NCBI GenBank assembly: GCA_951406725.2
Contig: OX597821.1
Coordinates: 74,772,001 to 74,836,000, forward strand
Length of the DNA stretch: 64,000 bases
Direction of reading: 5' to 3'
From: Octopus vulgaris
Taxonomy: Eukaryota
This document shows, piece after piece, positions 15,590 to 29,689 of this stretch. The position numbers were made by a program, and so were the translations under genes. Numbering within the stretch: the first letter of the stretch is position 1; each line of letters starts with the position of its first letter. The notes under the pieces are model-generated. The model saw nothing but the letters and a program-made list of their open reading frames with translations, made no database searches and was not told where the DNA came from.

Positions 15590-16963
15590 AGGTGCAGGAG
15601 TGGCTGTGAGGTAAGTAGCTAGCTTACCAACCACACGGTTCCGGGTTCAGTCCTACTGCATGGCACCTTGGGCAAGTGTTTTCTACTATAGCCTCGGTCC
15701 AACCAAAGCCTTGCCAGTGGATTTGGTAGACGGAAACTGAAAGAAGCCCATTTATATATTTATATGCTTGTGTCTGTGTTTGCGCCCCCGCCACCATCGC
15801 TTGACAACCGATGTTGTATTTTTACAACGCTCCAGCGGTTATGTCAGTCGGAAAGCAGTCAACTTTCTCTACAATATTTTAAATAAGTAGATTTTATAAG
15901 GCGGCAATTTGGGAGAAATGTTAGCATGCCGGGCGAAATGCTTAGAGGGATTTCTTCTGTCTTTACGTTCTGAGTTCAAATTCCGCCGAGGTTAACTTTG
16001 TCTTTCATCCTTTCGGGCTCGATAAATTAAGTACCAGTTACGTACTAGGGTCGATCTAATCGACTGGTCCCCTGCCCCAAAATTCCGGGACTTGTGCCTA
16101 GAGTAGAAAAGAATAAGTAGATTTTATACTGGTTTCAAATTTTGGCGAAAGGCCTGCGACGTTAGGGAATGGTGTAAGTCGATTACATCGACTCTAGTGT
16201 TTAGGTTGTTCTTGCTTGACCCCCCCCCCCAAGACAAAGTCGATTTTGACGGAATTTGAACTCAGAACGTAAAGGTGGAAGAAACGCCACAAAGCATCTT
16301 TTCCGGCGTGCTAACGACTCTGCCAGCTCACCGCCTTTCTATAAGCTTATATTTGTTTCAGAAATAAGTACAAAGGTAACAAATTTTAAGAAGGTGATAA
16401 GTCGATTACATGACCTCAGTGGTCCACTGGTACATATTTTATCGACCCGATAAGATGAAAGGGAAAATCAACTCCGGCCACTTTGAACTCAGAATACAAA
16501 GACGGACGAAATGTTGCAAAGCATTTTGTCCGGCGTGCTAACGATTCTTATTTCTTTTACTGCCCACAAGGGGCTAAAAATAGAGTGGACAAACAAGGAC
16601 AGACAAAGGAATTAAGTCTATTACATCGACCCTAGTGTGTAACTGGTACTTAATTTATCTACCCCGAAAGAATGAAAGGCAAAGTCGACCTCAGCTGAAT
16701 TTGAACTCAGAACGTAACGGCAGACGAAATACCTATTTCTTTACTACCCACAAGGGGCTAAACATAGAGGGGACAAACAAGGACAGACAAAGGAATTAAG
16801 TCTATTACATCGACCCTAGTGCGTAACTGGTACTTAATTTATCTACCCCGAAAGAATGAAAGGCAAAGTCGACCTCAGCTGAATTTGAACTCAGAACATA
16901 ACGGCAGATGAAATACACTACGCATTTTGCCCGGCGTGCTAACATTTCTGCCAGCTCGCCGCC
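15590..16963. mobile_element. SINE cluster: family B (+, 15590-15820), family A (+, 15900-16113), then several family A copies (-, 16130-16963)
   Basis: Repeated family A/B diagnostic motifs; 16550-16963 is a tandem dimer. Confidence 0.85.
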
Positions 16964-17462
16964 CTAACTATAAGTTTATATAAATAGTAATCTCTTTTCA
17001 AATCGTTAAACGTGCGTACAAGTTTCATTCAACGGAAAAACCAGATCTTGCATAATTTAATGACCTCTTCTTTTGCTCAGAAGAGCAGATCAAAAGTCAA
17101 CTTCCGTGACAAAACTGGTCAATTTTTACGATTCCAAACAGTCTTCGGATTTGTAACAATTCATAAAACTCCGCAATGGTAAAAGTATTTTCACTTTAGT
17201 ATAATGTTGTATTCCTGTACCAATTTCATGCTGAAGAATTCAGTTATGGATAAAAGTAAATAATTTTTCGGACTATAAGGCATAAACATAATCACGTAGT
17301 TAAAAAATTTAGTCCCGCAAGCAAGCGTTTACGAGTTCGATTCTAATGCGCGTCACGTTTGGTTTGCTTTACGAGAGCAATAAGTTGTCCAAAGTCTTTC
17401 GAGTAGAATTGGTAAACGGAAACAATGCGAAAGCTATATTGTGTGTATGTGTATACATAATA

Positions 17463-17601
<139 letters not shown>

Positions 17602-17717
17602 GTATTTCAAAATAGAAAATTACCCTTTAACAGGTAATTTTACATGCTAGAAATAGCAGCCAAACACGGCCAAAAACCCCAATTTTATGGTGGTGATATT
17701 TATAACGAGTATTCGCC

Positions 17718-17762
<45 letters not shown>

Positions 17763-17918
17763 CTTATGAATATGTTCTTAGCATTCCCAAAGTTTCAGCT
17801 CGGCATTGTATCTATTGCTGACTGTAAATACGCCTGTGCGCGATATTTGAAAAACTATAGCATATAACGATGGGACACGTGTTATCTTGTCTCTGAGTTA
17901 TAAGCTAGTTGTTTAGGC

Positions 17919-18029
17919 CGTTTACTGACGAGGAATCGCCTGGGAGCTAATATGGTCTTGCTAAATTATCTATTAAAAGATAGCAAACGATATTATTCGC
18001 TAAAGTAATCCGAAACCATGGTATAACCG
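17919..18029 (+). ncRNA. Type I hammerhead ribozyme motif with long stem II, inside a (TA)n-flanked PLE-type insert (17601-18241)
   Basis: cgttta-CTGACGA-gga...tcc-GAAAC-catg-GTA-taaccg; palindromic stem III accatggt; one mismatch in stem I. Confidence 0.72.
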
Positions 18030-18236
18030 TTATATAACAAGATAAAGGTTTTTATTTTTCATTCACTTCGAAATTTGCTATAAAATTGTGGTTTGTGGCT
18101 GTGTTTGGCTGCTATTTCTAGCATTTAAAATTACCTGTTAAAGGGTAATTTTCTATTTTGAAGTACGAATATGTTGTCTATTGACTTTTTATTCATGCTA
18201 GGCCACTGGTGCTGATATTTATAACGAGTATTCGCC

Positions 18237-18281
<45 letters not shown>

Positions 18282-19883
18282 ATAATATTAGGGAATAAAT
18301 CCAAACTTACAGGGAAAAATTAGATTTAGGATTAAATCCAATTTTATAGTATAAATATATTATATTATATTATATCAAATTAGAGATAAAACGACTATTA
18401 GGCAAATCAAACAGTGAAAAACATAAGCCAATACATAAAATCAATTTAAAAGTATAAAAGTTAAAAAAAAAATTATTAAAAATTAGTTAAAAAATTATGC
18501 GTGTGTGCGCATCTGTGTGTGTGTCTGTGTGCATATATGAGTCATGCATGCACACACATATATACACTCAAAAACATATACACAACGGATTAATTGGTTC
18601 AAAATCTTTTATACAATGATGTAGGCATGTAATAATTCCTCTCTTATTACTCTATGGCTGTCCAGCCCCATGGTTTAAATAGAATCTAGTTCTCTCTCAT
18701 TTCTACATTTTTCATGTGCTTCTTTTTATTTTCTTGCAACAGAATATCAATGACTGATTTCTTTATCCAGCTTAAAATAGAGTTCAATAATGATTCAATG
18801 TAATCTAAAGAAAAACTTGACAGCCTTCTTAGAATTGCCAGATCTTGTACATATTTCGGGTCTCGTTATTACAAAGGAAGTATTTCGTTCGAACCCAGAA
18901 TCGATACTTGTTACCCATCAACGAATGAGGCAACCCATGACGATTGGAGTCATACCGAGTGAAACATGGTTTAAATAAAACTATTAAAACGTATTTTCTT
19001 TTCTGAAATTATGATAAATAGATCGAAAAATTACGACACTATTAACAGCATCATATATTAGACTTTTACATTTTTAATTGGTTACTGGTGTTAAAATAAT
19101 TCTCTAGCAAAAAAGATTGAGCGATATCCTTCAGAAATATGATCAAGCATAGGTTGATCTACATTCCATTCCATGTTAGACAATCATAATTAAATTTTAA
19201 AATACATATTTTATTTATTTTTAGTCTAAGACTGGAAGACCAGAGCAAAATTATGATGTGTGTTAATTACGTTATGCAAATCTCAATTGGAAGAATTACT
19301 AAAAACATATATATGTATAAATATATATATATATATATATGTATTACGACTTCTCATACACTCTGTAGTTGTATCCAGTGAACGGCCATGCGTCGAGAAT
19401 GGAATTTCTCAATTATTGTTTAATGTTATATATTCCACAAAATCTTTAGTCCAACATGCGTTTTGCTTTGATGTAAAGTTCATAATCTTGAATTATGTGA
19501 TGGTTTTTATCGGCGAATTGCGACTGAAAAATCATTGTTCACCGATCAGATTAAAAACCATTCTTCAAAATTCTTCGTATTATTTCGTTACTAAACAGTT
19601 TGGTTGATGTTTCTTTTCTTCGATGAAAGCAGCGAGAGAATTAGATAATTATACCTTGAAACACTTTCTTATCTCACAATTACTAAGATGCTTGGAACTA
19701 TATTCTAATGATATTACCATCCACCAACCGGAGTTGACGTTATTACGTTTGATCAATAAATCATATGACCATTCGCGTGTGTATATATATATATATACAT
19801 ACATGCATATATATGCGAATATACATGTGCACATAATTATGTAAATATTACGTATATATACATATACATACACACATACATAC

Positions 19884-19940
<57 letters not shown>

Positions 19941-20308
19941 ATGTATATTTACATTTAATGTCAGCGAATAGAATTGGGGCCTTAGCACTCATGTGTTATT
20001 AATAAAGAAGCGAAAGAAATGGTAGAATTCTGAACAAAATACCCCGCAGTTTTTATTTATCTCTTCTTTTCGAGGATTTTTCTGCCTTCAGCCTTTCGGT
20101 TTCGAATATAAATTCTAATATGTGCATTTAGATCTAATTTTATCGAATATATTTCGTCCAAAATTACACAGACAATACGGGAGTATCAGCAGATGACCAA
20201 AATTACTGAGCTTCTAATGAATTGACTCCGTCGGAGTAACCTCTCCTCGAATCGTTTAAACAGAAAATAAGTATCAACATGGTTCTTGAAGTGATTCAAG
20301 CAATTATA

Positions 20309-20527
20309 CAGGGTGTTCGAAAGGTCTCTCCGCAGTAGATATTTTATTGCAAAATGAATATTTGTTAGATGGTATAAGACTACAAAGAGAATATATTAGA
20401 CTTTACAACACTTTAAAAAACTTTATAATAGGTGTTGAAAGTGTCGTCCTTCGTTTTCGATACTTAGGTTGGCTCTTCTACACATGTTTCGAAATACATC
20501 TTGCGGAGAAACTTTTTGAACACACTA
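20309..20527. mobile_element. Tc1/mariner-type MITE
   Basis: TIRs cagggtgttcgaaaggtctctccgca / tgcggagaaactttttgaacacacta, flanked by TA. Confidence 0.8.
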
Positions 20528-21078
20528 TATATACTTCTTCCGGTATAAATGTTTTGCCTTTTATTGGTATAAAATTATTCGAATTTGGCGGTGGCTTGGC
20601 AGAATTGTCACGTGGTTGACTAAATGCGTTATGATATTTCTTGCAGCTGTTTACAGTCTGTGTTCAAATCTGATACCCTACCACCCCGAATTCACGTCTG
20701 CCAATCACTCTTTCGAGTTCGATGAAATAAAGTACCAGTCAGGCACTGATTTCAGTGTAACCGAAGAATATCTTGTCAAAAAATGCTTGAGTTGTTATTT
20801 AGTCGATTATGTTGGTGAGCCCTGGTCAGGTTTCCATATAATCAAAGAGATTCAATCCGTGACCATCCTATTAATTTAGGTGTATGCATGCTTGCATACA
20901 AGTCTTTGTCTATTTTATATCGGTAGATGAGATTCGAAGAAGATGATGCTGACATTGCTTGCTGGTCAATACCTGATGTCCCGTTGTGGTGTTTGCGGTA
21001 AATTCCAAGCGAATGCCTTGATAGCATCTTTCAGGAGAAATTTAAAAGTTCATTGTCAAGATTCGTTAACGTATAATT

Positions 21079-21369
21079 GGAGGCGCACTGGCCCAGTGGT
21101 TAGGGCAGCGGACTCGCGGTCATAGGATCACGGTTTCGATTCCCAGACCGGGCGTTGTGAGTGTTTATTGAGCGAAAACACCTTAAAGCTCCACGAGGCT
21201 CCGGCAGGGGGTGGTGGTGATCCCTGCTGTACTCTTTCACCACAACTTTCTCTCACTCTTACGTGTCTGTGGAGTGCTGAGCCACTTACACGTTAATTTC
21301 ACGAGCAGGCTGTTCCGTTGATTCGGATCAACCGGAACCCTCGTCGTCGTAACCGACGGAGTTCTTCCA
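21079..21369 (+). mobile_element. tRNA-derived SINE family C
   Basis: A box tggcccagtgg; B box ggtttcgattcc; 3' part recurs inverted at about 23460-23515. Confidence 0.8.
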
Positions 21370-21462
21370 TTAACGTATAATTAAACGAAATACAACACAT
21401 TCTCGGTTTGCCTTGGCCACTCAAGAGAGAACCTTAAACACCGGTAATAAACTTCCTGTTAA

Positions 21463-21680
21463 AGGCAGCGAGCTGGCAGAATCGTTTGCGCACCGGATAA
21501 CACGCTTAGCGGTATTTCGTTCGTCTTTAAGTTCTGAGGTTGAATTATACCGGGGTCGTCTTTAACTTTCATCCTTTCGGGGTCGATAAAATAAGTACCA
21601 GTTGTATACTGGGGGCGACTTGGGGGCGACTTAACCTGCTCTCTTGAAATTGCTGACCTTGTCCAAAACTTTGGAACCAA
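21463..21680 (+). mobile_element. SINE family A
   Basis: ggcagcgagctggcagaatcg...ttcatcctttcggggtcgataaaataagtacca. Confidence 0.82.
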
Positions 21681-21817
21681 TATACTTCCTCTTCTTTATT
21701 TCATGCCATAACCGTTATTCTACAGAAAGGCTACTTTAAAACATTATTATTTTATCAATTGTTTCCCTGTAAAAATACATTCATTCTATATCAAACTTTT
21801 GTTTAGCTCGAATGAAA

Positions 21818-21858
<41 letters not shown>

Positions 21859-22309
21859 AACACGCACACACAAGCAGTGATACAGATACACGTATATATT
21901 ACGTTAATTTCATCACGTGTTTCTATCTCTGTCCATTTTATATCATAATTTGTAAAGAAGAGTGCTGTTAGCAACAGATGCCTAACAGACTAATTACTGG
22001 TGTTTTATACTCCTGAAGACATGAAGTGTGAGTAATTAGGTGCACAACGATCGAAGGACACTGGTTTGTCCTTAGTGTCTACGTCTTCAGGTGATACAAT
22101 GCGCAAGACAAAAACATGCAAACATATGTATGTAGGTATTTATGTATGTATCTATCTATCTATCCACATCATCTCTCTCTTTCTTTCTCTCCCCCCTCTG
22201 TGTGTCTCTTTGTGTATATATATATATATATATATTGACATATAAACTGTTACTCAGAGTTTCACGTCCCCAGTTCGTCGGTTAATTTTTGTCTAGAATC
22301 TAAACAAAT

Positions 22310-22347
22310 CTGTCCGATGAACGGGATCGCGGAACTCTGAGTAACAG
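22310..22347 (+). ncRNA. Degenerate type I hammerhead motif, with an inverted partial copy at 22240-22281
   Basis: ctgt-CCGATGA-acgggatcgc-GGAAC-tctga-GTA-acag; the inverted copy reads CCGACGA...cgt-GAAAC-tctga-GTA-acag. Confidence 0.55.
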
Positions 22348-23085
22348 TTTTATATTTCTGGTGCTTTTCAATAAAGCATATTGCCCTACCTCTGGTATTC
22401 GAGTACTATTTTTTCCACCTTGTTTCGCATTTATGTGCTTACTCTGGTACACACACACACACACATATATATTTGTCCCAAATTTTGGCACGAGGTCAGT
22501 GTCATCAACCTCAGTGATGAACTGGAACTTTATTTATCGACCTCGAAAGGACCAAAAGCAAAGTCGGACTCGGTGGAATTTGAACTTAGAACGTAAGGAC
22601 AAACGAAATAGCTGCAAAGCATTAAGTCTGGCGTGCTAACGATTCTGCCAGCTCTGACAGTATTAAAATCAATCGATTAGGTATCGATATACTGAAACAA
22701 GATGCTTACTGATTAGATATTCAGAAAATCAATTTTAATTTTCTCGAAGTATTAATGTTTTGTTAAATGTTCTGAGCAACGCTACAACAGACGAGTATGC
22801 TTGCCAGAATATTAATTCACGGCTTTTGCAATGAAATTTTTGTTCAATGGAATGTTCCAGATATCGTGTGCTTAGTTTTTGCTGTTGAAACAATATCGTC
22901 ATTTTTAGAAGTAAATATAGCGATGTGATTGGAGTTTTGAAGTCTTTGTTAGGCGAGTATTGATCTTTCCTTATTTCTTCACGTTTGTTATTCATATGTA
23001 GATATATTTCTGTAAACATGTGTCTACGTGTGTGTGTGTGTGTGAGCGCTTTCTGCTATATATATATATGCATATATTTATATAT

Positions 23086-23456
23086 TCTTTTACTCTTTTA
23101 ATTGTTTCAGTCATTTGACTGCGGCAATGCTGTAGCACCGCCTTTAGTCGAACAAATCGACCCCACAACTTATTCTTCGTAAGCCTAGTACTTATTCTAT
23201 CGATCTTTTTTGCTGAACCACTAAATTACGAGGCCGTAAACACACGACATCGGTTTCAAGCGATTGTTGGGGGACACCCACAGACACACAAACAAACATA
23301 TATATTTATATAAACGACGGGCTTCTTTCTGTTTCTGTCTACCAAATCCACTCACAAGGCTTTATAGTAGATGACATTTGCCCAAGATGCCACGCAGAGG
23401 TACTGATCCATGAAGCATGTGACTGGATAGCAAGCTTTATACCACACAGCCACGCC
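23086..23456 (-). mobile_element. SINE family B
   Basis: Homologous to 8782-9304. Confidence 0.82.
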
Positions 23457-23576
23457 TTTCGATCATCGGAACAGCCTGCTCGTGAAATTAACGTGCAAGT
23501 GGCTGAGCACCCCACAGTTGCCAATCTTGTCAACTAAATGCTCCCTTCATCGATAATGCTTGCATCCAGCTGGAAG

Positions 23577-23830
23577 AAGACGCGTGGCTGAGTGGTTAGA
23601 GGCGCTGCATTCACGATCACATGACCATGGATTCGATTCCCAGCCTAGGTGGAGCGTTGTGTTCTTGAGCAAAACACTTCATCTCACATTGCTGCAGTAT
23701 GCTCAGCTGCAATTGGCTAACCCTGCGATGGCCTGAGGTCCTTTTCAGGGAGGATTTTGTGATCTCGGTCAGTTATACGCCACAGAAACCGAGCAACCGG
23801 CCTTACGGCCCCTCGGACACGAGACTGTAA
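23577..23830 (+). mobile_element. tRNA-derived SINE, a fourth family, diverged
   Basis: A box tggctgagtgg; B box ggattcgattcc; gtgttcttgagcaaaacactt central motif. Confidence 0.65.
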
Positions 23831-24826
23831 CACCCAGGGATTTATGATTGCTAAGAGGAAAACTAAAACTTAATGTAGAGAATTTCAAATTTAGTTGACT
23901 GTAGAGAATTTAGATTTTGGCGAATAACAGAAAATCTTGTTTCCATTCCTTGGTGGTTTTTATATTTTTTTTCTCCCTTGAAGTTGTGATGCGCATCGCC
24001 AGCCTTGGTTATATTTCGATTTGAAATGACAAAACTAAATAGATGAGTTCATGTCCTCTGCCTTATCATTTCCGCTTAACCGTTTCTCGTCTTGTTTCGT
24101 ATTATAAATGGTAGTCACAACAGCATCATCATCGTCAACAATAATTCATTTACGCCACTAATATCCCCGGGAAAGGCACCAAAGCCATGCGCTTCAGTTT
24201 GAACCCGTATAAATTTGTGGTGCAGTGCCGATGTAGGACAACAACTATAGACGTAAGAAAAAATGAAAAAAAAAGAGCTTGAAATTAATCTAGGCGGTGC
24301 AGAACCCTCCTTCACAATTTTCACCGAGCTTCCATTAGCTGCAGCATTAAATCAGCAAGTATTACTCCAATTACGTTGCTTTACGTGGAAGATCTGTTAA
24401 AAAAAAAAAATGCAACTTATTTTGCTGTAGTATTTAGTAGACATTCTAAGCGAAATAATAAAACATTCCGGGCTGAAAATAACGAAACTATAGCTTGGGT
24501 CACATCAAAACTATTAGCTCGTTCACTTCTTTGTGGTCTGATATAAATAACAGCGAGGAAGCGACACTCAATACAAAAACGGTAAATATGTCAGACTTTA
24601 ATTGACAGGCGCTTCCTTCTCATCACGCACTCACATCTCTTCTAGTAATTCTCTCCCCTTTTTTTCCTCTCTGTCCCAACTACATCATCCAACTCATTAT
24701 CTTCAATCCATGTAGTCTCACGTATTTTTGTTGTTTTTTTATACAGCCGTCTGTTTTTTATTTTACTTTTTCCCTCCTTCTCCAATGCCGTCTCTCTCTC
24801 TCCTTCAGTACTCACACACACACACA

Positions 24827-24899
<73 letters not shown>

Positions 24900-25164
24900 A
24901 CACGTGTGTACGCAAGTGCAAACACGTACACACACGTTCTGCATTCGTTGTTACTCTTTATCATTCTTGGAATTTCACGTAGTTATTTTATTTTACTTCA
25001 TTATTTTCTTTAATTTACCTTATTTTTTTATTTTTTATTTTCTATTTATCATCTTCTCCCACGGTCATCTATTTTACATCGCCCATCCACACCCACTTCG
25101 CATCATTGTCACAAGGTCGGGTCATACACACACACACATTCACGAGTCACATACACCCTGGACA

Positions 25165-25224
<60 letters not shown>

Positions 25225-25261
25225 CATTATTATCATTATTATTCATTATTATTTTTTATTA

Positions 25262-25297
<36 letters not shown>

Positions 25298-25778
25298 GTG
25301 TTGTTTTTTGTTGTTGTTGTTGTTGTTAACGTTACTGTCACTGCTATGACTATAAGTAGTAGTATTATTGGAGTCGCCCGCATCTTGCCATCAATCTTGT
25401 GCATGTGACCCAGCTAACACCATTGCCGTTTGTTCTGTCTTGAAAATCATCAACAGCATACGACAGAAGTCAACAAGCCGTCGCAGCCGACTCCAGCATT
25501 ATCCTAATAGATCACCGAACCATGCTTGTCACCCAGCTCTGCTGCAGTGATTGAGTATTCGCCGTGGTGGATTGCCGACTTGTCTTATTTTCGCATTACA
25601 GAATGATGTAAGTTCAAAATTATGTGTAAGTTGAAATATTTTACTCGTTGTTGGTGATTTACTTCAACAGAACGGAACTACAAAATAGTGAAATGGCTTT
25701 GGTTTTCTTAAAAATACAAAAAAAAAAAAAATTCAAAACATGCATAAAATAATTAGAAAACAGTAATAATAATAACTA

Positions 25779-25833
<55 letters not shown>

Positions 25834-25854
25834 GTTATTATTATTATTATTCAG

Positions 25855-26066
25855 TCGGCGAGCTGGTGGAATCGTTAGCACGCTGGACGAAATGCTTAGC
25901 GGTATTTCGCTCCTCGCTACGTTCTGAGTTCGAATTCCGCCGAGGTCGACCTTACCATTCATTCTTTCGGGGTCGATAAATTAAGCACAAGTTACATACT
26001 GGGGTCGATGTACTCGACTCATCTTCTCCCCCAAAATTGCTTCCCTTGTTGCAATATTTGAAACCA
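25855..26066 (+). mobile_element. SINE family A within (TTA)n
   Basis: Family A head and central domain. Confidence 0.85.
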
Positions 26067-26169
26067 TTATTATTATTATTATTATCATCATCATCATTAT
26101 CATCATCATCATCATTATCATCATCATCATCATTATTGTTATTGTTGTTGGTACGCTAGTGCATGCTAA

Positions 26170-26723
26170 TTTAGATTAGTTTGATGACAAGAAGTCTCCT
26201 CAAAATTCAAGAATCTTTCTTAGGATTCTTCGAGAATATAGGACGACACAAAATAAATCCCAGACTTCTGAAATACTCTCGAGAGAATATCTTCTTCATT
26301 CGTCTTTCCATCCGTTCCTCTCCATCAAATAGGTTCAGATCCTTCCATGTCAATCCTCTTCATTAATTCTCCCATGGGAAATATCATACCTTCCTCTTCT
26401 TGGACTTCCTTTTAGAATCAACCCACCACATTTTCAGCCCAAATTCCATTCTAATGCCTGCGCTAAAGTACTCTATTGTATAGAACAAAGAATCCAGCTT
26501 GTGTTTTTGTTTTCTATAAATCTTCAATTCATTCATAGAAAGGAGATGATTGGTCTTACCGTTCGTTTCTTTGAATTCACACAGTTTTTGTGTTTCTCAA
26601 AATCAAAATCGGTGTTATCATACAAAACAAAAATTCTTAAAACATGCATAAAATAATTAGAAAACAGTAATAATAATAACTAATTTATTATTATTATTAT
26701 TATTATTATTATCATTATTATTA

Positions 26724-26770
<47 letters not shown>

Positions 26771-27700
26771 CCAGGCCAGCCTTAAGTTAGTTTTGCACTT
26801 TTTGCAGGCTTTCGGCACTGTCTTAGTTGATCTTTGGTTCCCTTGCGTTCATGATTGCATCCTTTTGCTCTTACGGTAAACGGCTATTCTGTTCAATGAA
26901 CGCGTGCACTTCATCCGCCAGTTAACAACTCCCACATGATGGGCCGAGAGGATATTGTCCCGAAGTTGTCAACAACATTTCCCCTTGATGTTTTTGTTCA
27001 AATTTTATTCAACCAGTGATATTTCTGTGTGTTCGTCAAGTAACGGGCTTAATTGCTCCGTTAACATTTAATGACATTCAGTAAATTTGTTCACCCAATA
27101 CCTCTGAACACCATCTGGGCCTGCCGCTTTCCAGTTGCTCATTTTCGTACTTATATGCTGAACAAACTCTTTGCTTATCTTAAAATCTTCTTGCAAACGA
27201 TTTATATCGTTTTTTTTTTCAGATTACGGAGCCTTTCTGCATTTGTCTCTCCCAGCCCCAATTCTTCTTTCTAAAACTTTAACTTCACTCTGCATTTGTG
27301 TTGTATGAGTGCTTCTCAGATTCTTTCTTTTGTCACAAAATATCTTTTGGTCTGCTTTTGAGGAGTCCCTTTTGGCTATGTTGGTTGATTCTCGGATCAA
27401 AATCGAGTAATTTTTGCTCTCTTGCCTTGCTCTCTTGCCTTGTTTAATTCTTCCATTACTTCTGGCAACTCTCTGACTCCATCTTTTAGCATATCATACT
27501 TGTGATGATTCTACAGTTCTTTTTTCTCGCTGTCAAGTACTGACACATTACTCTGTATTATTTTTATGCCTTCAAGTATCCTCCTCTGCCAACGTGGTTC
27601 ACTGTTTATCATTCTGTTCCGTTCACTCCTGTTTCTTAGTTGACATATTACTTTAAATGCCGTATTTTCTGTCACCATATTATTTGCTGCCGTCTATTTT
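26170..27700 (-). mobile_element. Degenerate Dong/R4-like non-LTR retrotransposon fragments
   Basis: Minus-strand KTNHLLSMNELK resembles the RT motif INHLLFMDDLK; PRWQRRI N-terminal motif; (TTA)n flanks. Boundaries approximate. Confidence 0.55.
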
Positions 27701-27740
27701 CGGCTCTAGTGTTTGGGTTTAAAATCCCTTCTAGTTAAGA

Positions 27741-29689
27741 CACTAGTGTAGTTTTGTCTGATGGAATGGGTATTTCAGCATCTAAAATTGTCCAGTCATA
27801 ATTGGTCTGATGAAATATTTCATAATCTCAAATTCAATATAAGTATAACCATTTGTAGAAATCGTCCTGATGTGTTTTGTTATGTCTGTGGACAATTTAT
27901 TGGGAAAGCTCAAAAACGTACAATAACACCAGAGATCAAGAAGATTTATAAGATATACTTTGACTGTCCTCTTTGAGATCAGGACAAATTATGGGCACCA
28001 CATTTTATCTGCTCAGCTTGTTCAAATGGCTTATGTAGCTGATGCAAAGTAAGTGTCACAGGATTTTCTGTGAAGAATAAAGACAAACTTATGTATCCCA
28101 ATTTGGATTCTGCAATGTGACCTGTGCCTTACAATGGAAGTCTGCCAATTACAGTTCCACCAGATGATGGTATTGAAATGTCAGATGATGATGCTGACTG
28201 TCACGATAGTGCTGCTGAAGAAGATTACGTGGCTGATGATGATAGCTTTGAACCTCAGAAATTTTCCCAAGCTGAAATGAATGACCCTGTCAGAAACCTA
28301 TCCCACTCAAAAGATAAAGCAGAACTGAAGGAGAAGTATCTGCTGCAGCAAGGTGTTTGTATAATTTATTTTCGGCAGAGAAATGTGGTTCTACAAACGT
28401 GTTTTTCTGTTGAAGGCCCGCTTTGCTTTTGAAGTAACATCGATGGACTTTCGAGTGTTTATCACAAAATCATGATCCTGCAGAGTGGTGTTTGTTTATT
28501 GACTCATCAAAACGAAGTTTAAATGCTGTACTTCTCCATAATGGTAATTTGAAGCCCTCCATTCCTGTTGCCCACTCTGTTTATCTTCATGAATCATACG
28601 AGAATATGGAAATTTGACTTAATGCCATTGTCTTGAAAGATACTCATGGAAAATAGGCGGAGATTTAAAAGTCATTGGAATGTTAATAGGAATACAGTTA
28701 GGTTTTACAAAATATTATTTTTTGTGTTTATGGGATAGTCAGGCAAATGACAGACATTATTCGGAATCAAACTGGCAGACAAGAACATCATACCAACCAG
28801 GACTGTTTAGTGACAAGAATAGACCTCTTTTAGATCCATGTAATATCCTATTGCCGCCTTTGCACATAAAGCTTGGACTGATGAAACAGCTTGTAAAGAC
28901 ACTAGGGAAGAGAAATGCCAGAGGGCTTCAGTATATTGTAGAAAAGTTTCCCAATATTACACGGGGGAAGTTGAAAGAGGTATCTTTGTCGGACCCCAAA
29001 TTAGAGAAGTACTCAAAGATATCGACTTCAAGACAACACTGGATGAAATGGAACCGCTTGTCTGGGATGCTTTCAATTGAATCTGTGAGAATCTCTTGAG
29101 CAACAAGAAGGCAATGGACTACAAAGATGGCATCAAGAATCTTTTGACATGTTACTCAGCAATGTGTTGTCGCATATTACTAAACGTTCACTCCTTGGAC
29201 TCCCATCTGGATTTCTTCGCAGATAAACTTGGAGCAGTATCTGATGAACATGGTGAAAGATTTAGCCAGGACATTAGTGCCATGGAGAAACGGTACCAAG
29301 GCTTCTGGTATGACAGCATGCTGGTTGACTACTGCTGGACATTTTACTGTGATTAACCAGATCAGGAACACAGCAGGAAATCCAAATCACAATGTGTCTA
29401 ACTCTGTTGTTCTAACTTTGTTTTGTTTGACCCATTTTCTTGGTATTCACTCTTTCTAGAATGATAGTGATGACTTTTAACTCCATATATTCATTTACTT
29501 TCTAAAAATAACATGTCATTATTTATTACGTTAATGATTTCATATATACAAATGTCATTTGCATGTATCTACTGAAAAACGTACTGCATATAAATAGAGA
29601 AAAACTTTCAAATCAGCATGAAAAATCAGTCTTAAAACGTTGGTTTGCATCCATAATGAGTATAATACATTTAATTTTGCAGACCAGTG
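27741..29689 (+). mobile_element. Chapaev3-like (CMC superfamily) DNA transposon, pseudogenised
   Basis: FCYVCG...DQDKLWAPHFIC, LFIDSSKRSL, LCLWDS, LPPLHIKLGLMKQ, GAVSDEHGERFSQDISAMEKRYQG...DYCW; right end ...CAGTG; left end uncertain. Confidence 0.8.
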
